Source: Raillietiella orientalis
Lineage: Eukaryota
Reading direction: 5' to 3'
Length of the DNA stretch: 64,000 bases
Assembly (NCBI GenBank): GCA_036172245.1
Contig: JAYWIR010000102.1
Span: 62,001-126,000 of the forward strand
This document shows positions 63,463 to 64,000 of the stretch, in pieces (position 1 is the stretch's first letter; each line of letters begins with the position of its first letter). The notes under the pieces were generated by a model. The model did no database searches. It had not been told where the DNA came from and saw nothing but the letters and a program-made list of their open reading frames with translations. The translations under genes and the position numbers were made by a program.

Positions 63463-64000
63463 CTCCAAATTACAATTTTTTTTTCCTACTGTTTTTGAAA
63501 TTGCCTTAAACTAACTTGATGAGCCTGAGGATTCATATTACAAAAAATCGCCTGTGCAAGACAACGAAACAGAAGATATTTTCAAATCTGCAGCATGCAT
63601 TCAAAACAGCAAATGCATGACATGAACCCTCTGAAAAGCAATATACATCAACATGCACATCTATTCTGAATCAAGCTGACACCATTCATCCCGAGTTTAC
63701 TTTGATCGTGAGATTTCTGGGTACGGAAAAATGCAAAATAAATTTGTTAGTTTTAATGCTTGTGCTTTAATGTAGAGTTACTTTACACTGATAAAAAACT
63801 TACTCTCTGAAATCCCTTTGACAACATTAAATCTCTCTCACAGTTTGATGATTTATTTGAGTAAAACACTTCAAACACACCAATGCTGGTACAAACGCCA
63901 TCTTCTTATCACATTCACATAGATATAACAAACCAATGCAAAATCTGAAAAATGCAAAACAGAAGCAACCACACAGAGACACTGCTTGATTGCATTGTAC

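Noticed and set aside
1..64000. CRISPR array, prokaryotic operon or defence system, tRNA/rRNA, transposase or reverse transcriptase
   Set aside because: No regularly spaced repeats, cloverleaf or T-loop signature, or DDE/RT motifs were seen; the window is intron-containing animal DNA

Overview
Eukaryotic genomic DNA from an invertebrate animal (most likely an arthropod or other ecdysozoan). It has spliceosomal GT-AG introns, many only 38-51 nt long, and very sharp GC domains. Three spliced genes could be rebuilt by hand, with reading-frame phase checked at every junction. (1) A 7-exon Cdk4/6 gene (+, CDS 17175-38684, 334 aa) with an 18.6 kb second intron. (2) A divergent, apparently N-terminally truncated KANSL2/NSL2-like gene (+, 46791-47919, 254 aa). 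(3) An RYamide/luqin-family neuropeptide precursor (+, 54656-56738, ~116 aa) whose two predicted peptides both end in RF-amide. Several unidentified minus-strand exon chains are also present, including candidates nested antisense inside the Cdk4/6 intron. Three YY1/E2F-type promoter clusters lie at ~29.9, ~34.4 and ~53.0 kb. Other features are three perfect 16-18 bp hairpins, a 37-bp duplication and microsatellites. I found no tRNA, rRNA, CRISPR array or recognisable transposase/RT. Most long ORFs in the supplied track are artefacts of high GC. No database searches were run; homologies are recognised from known family motifs.
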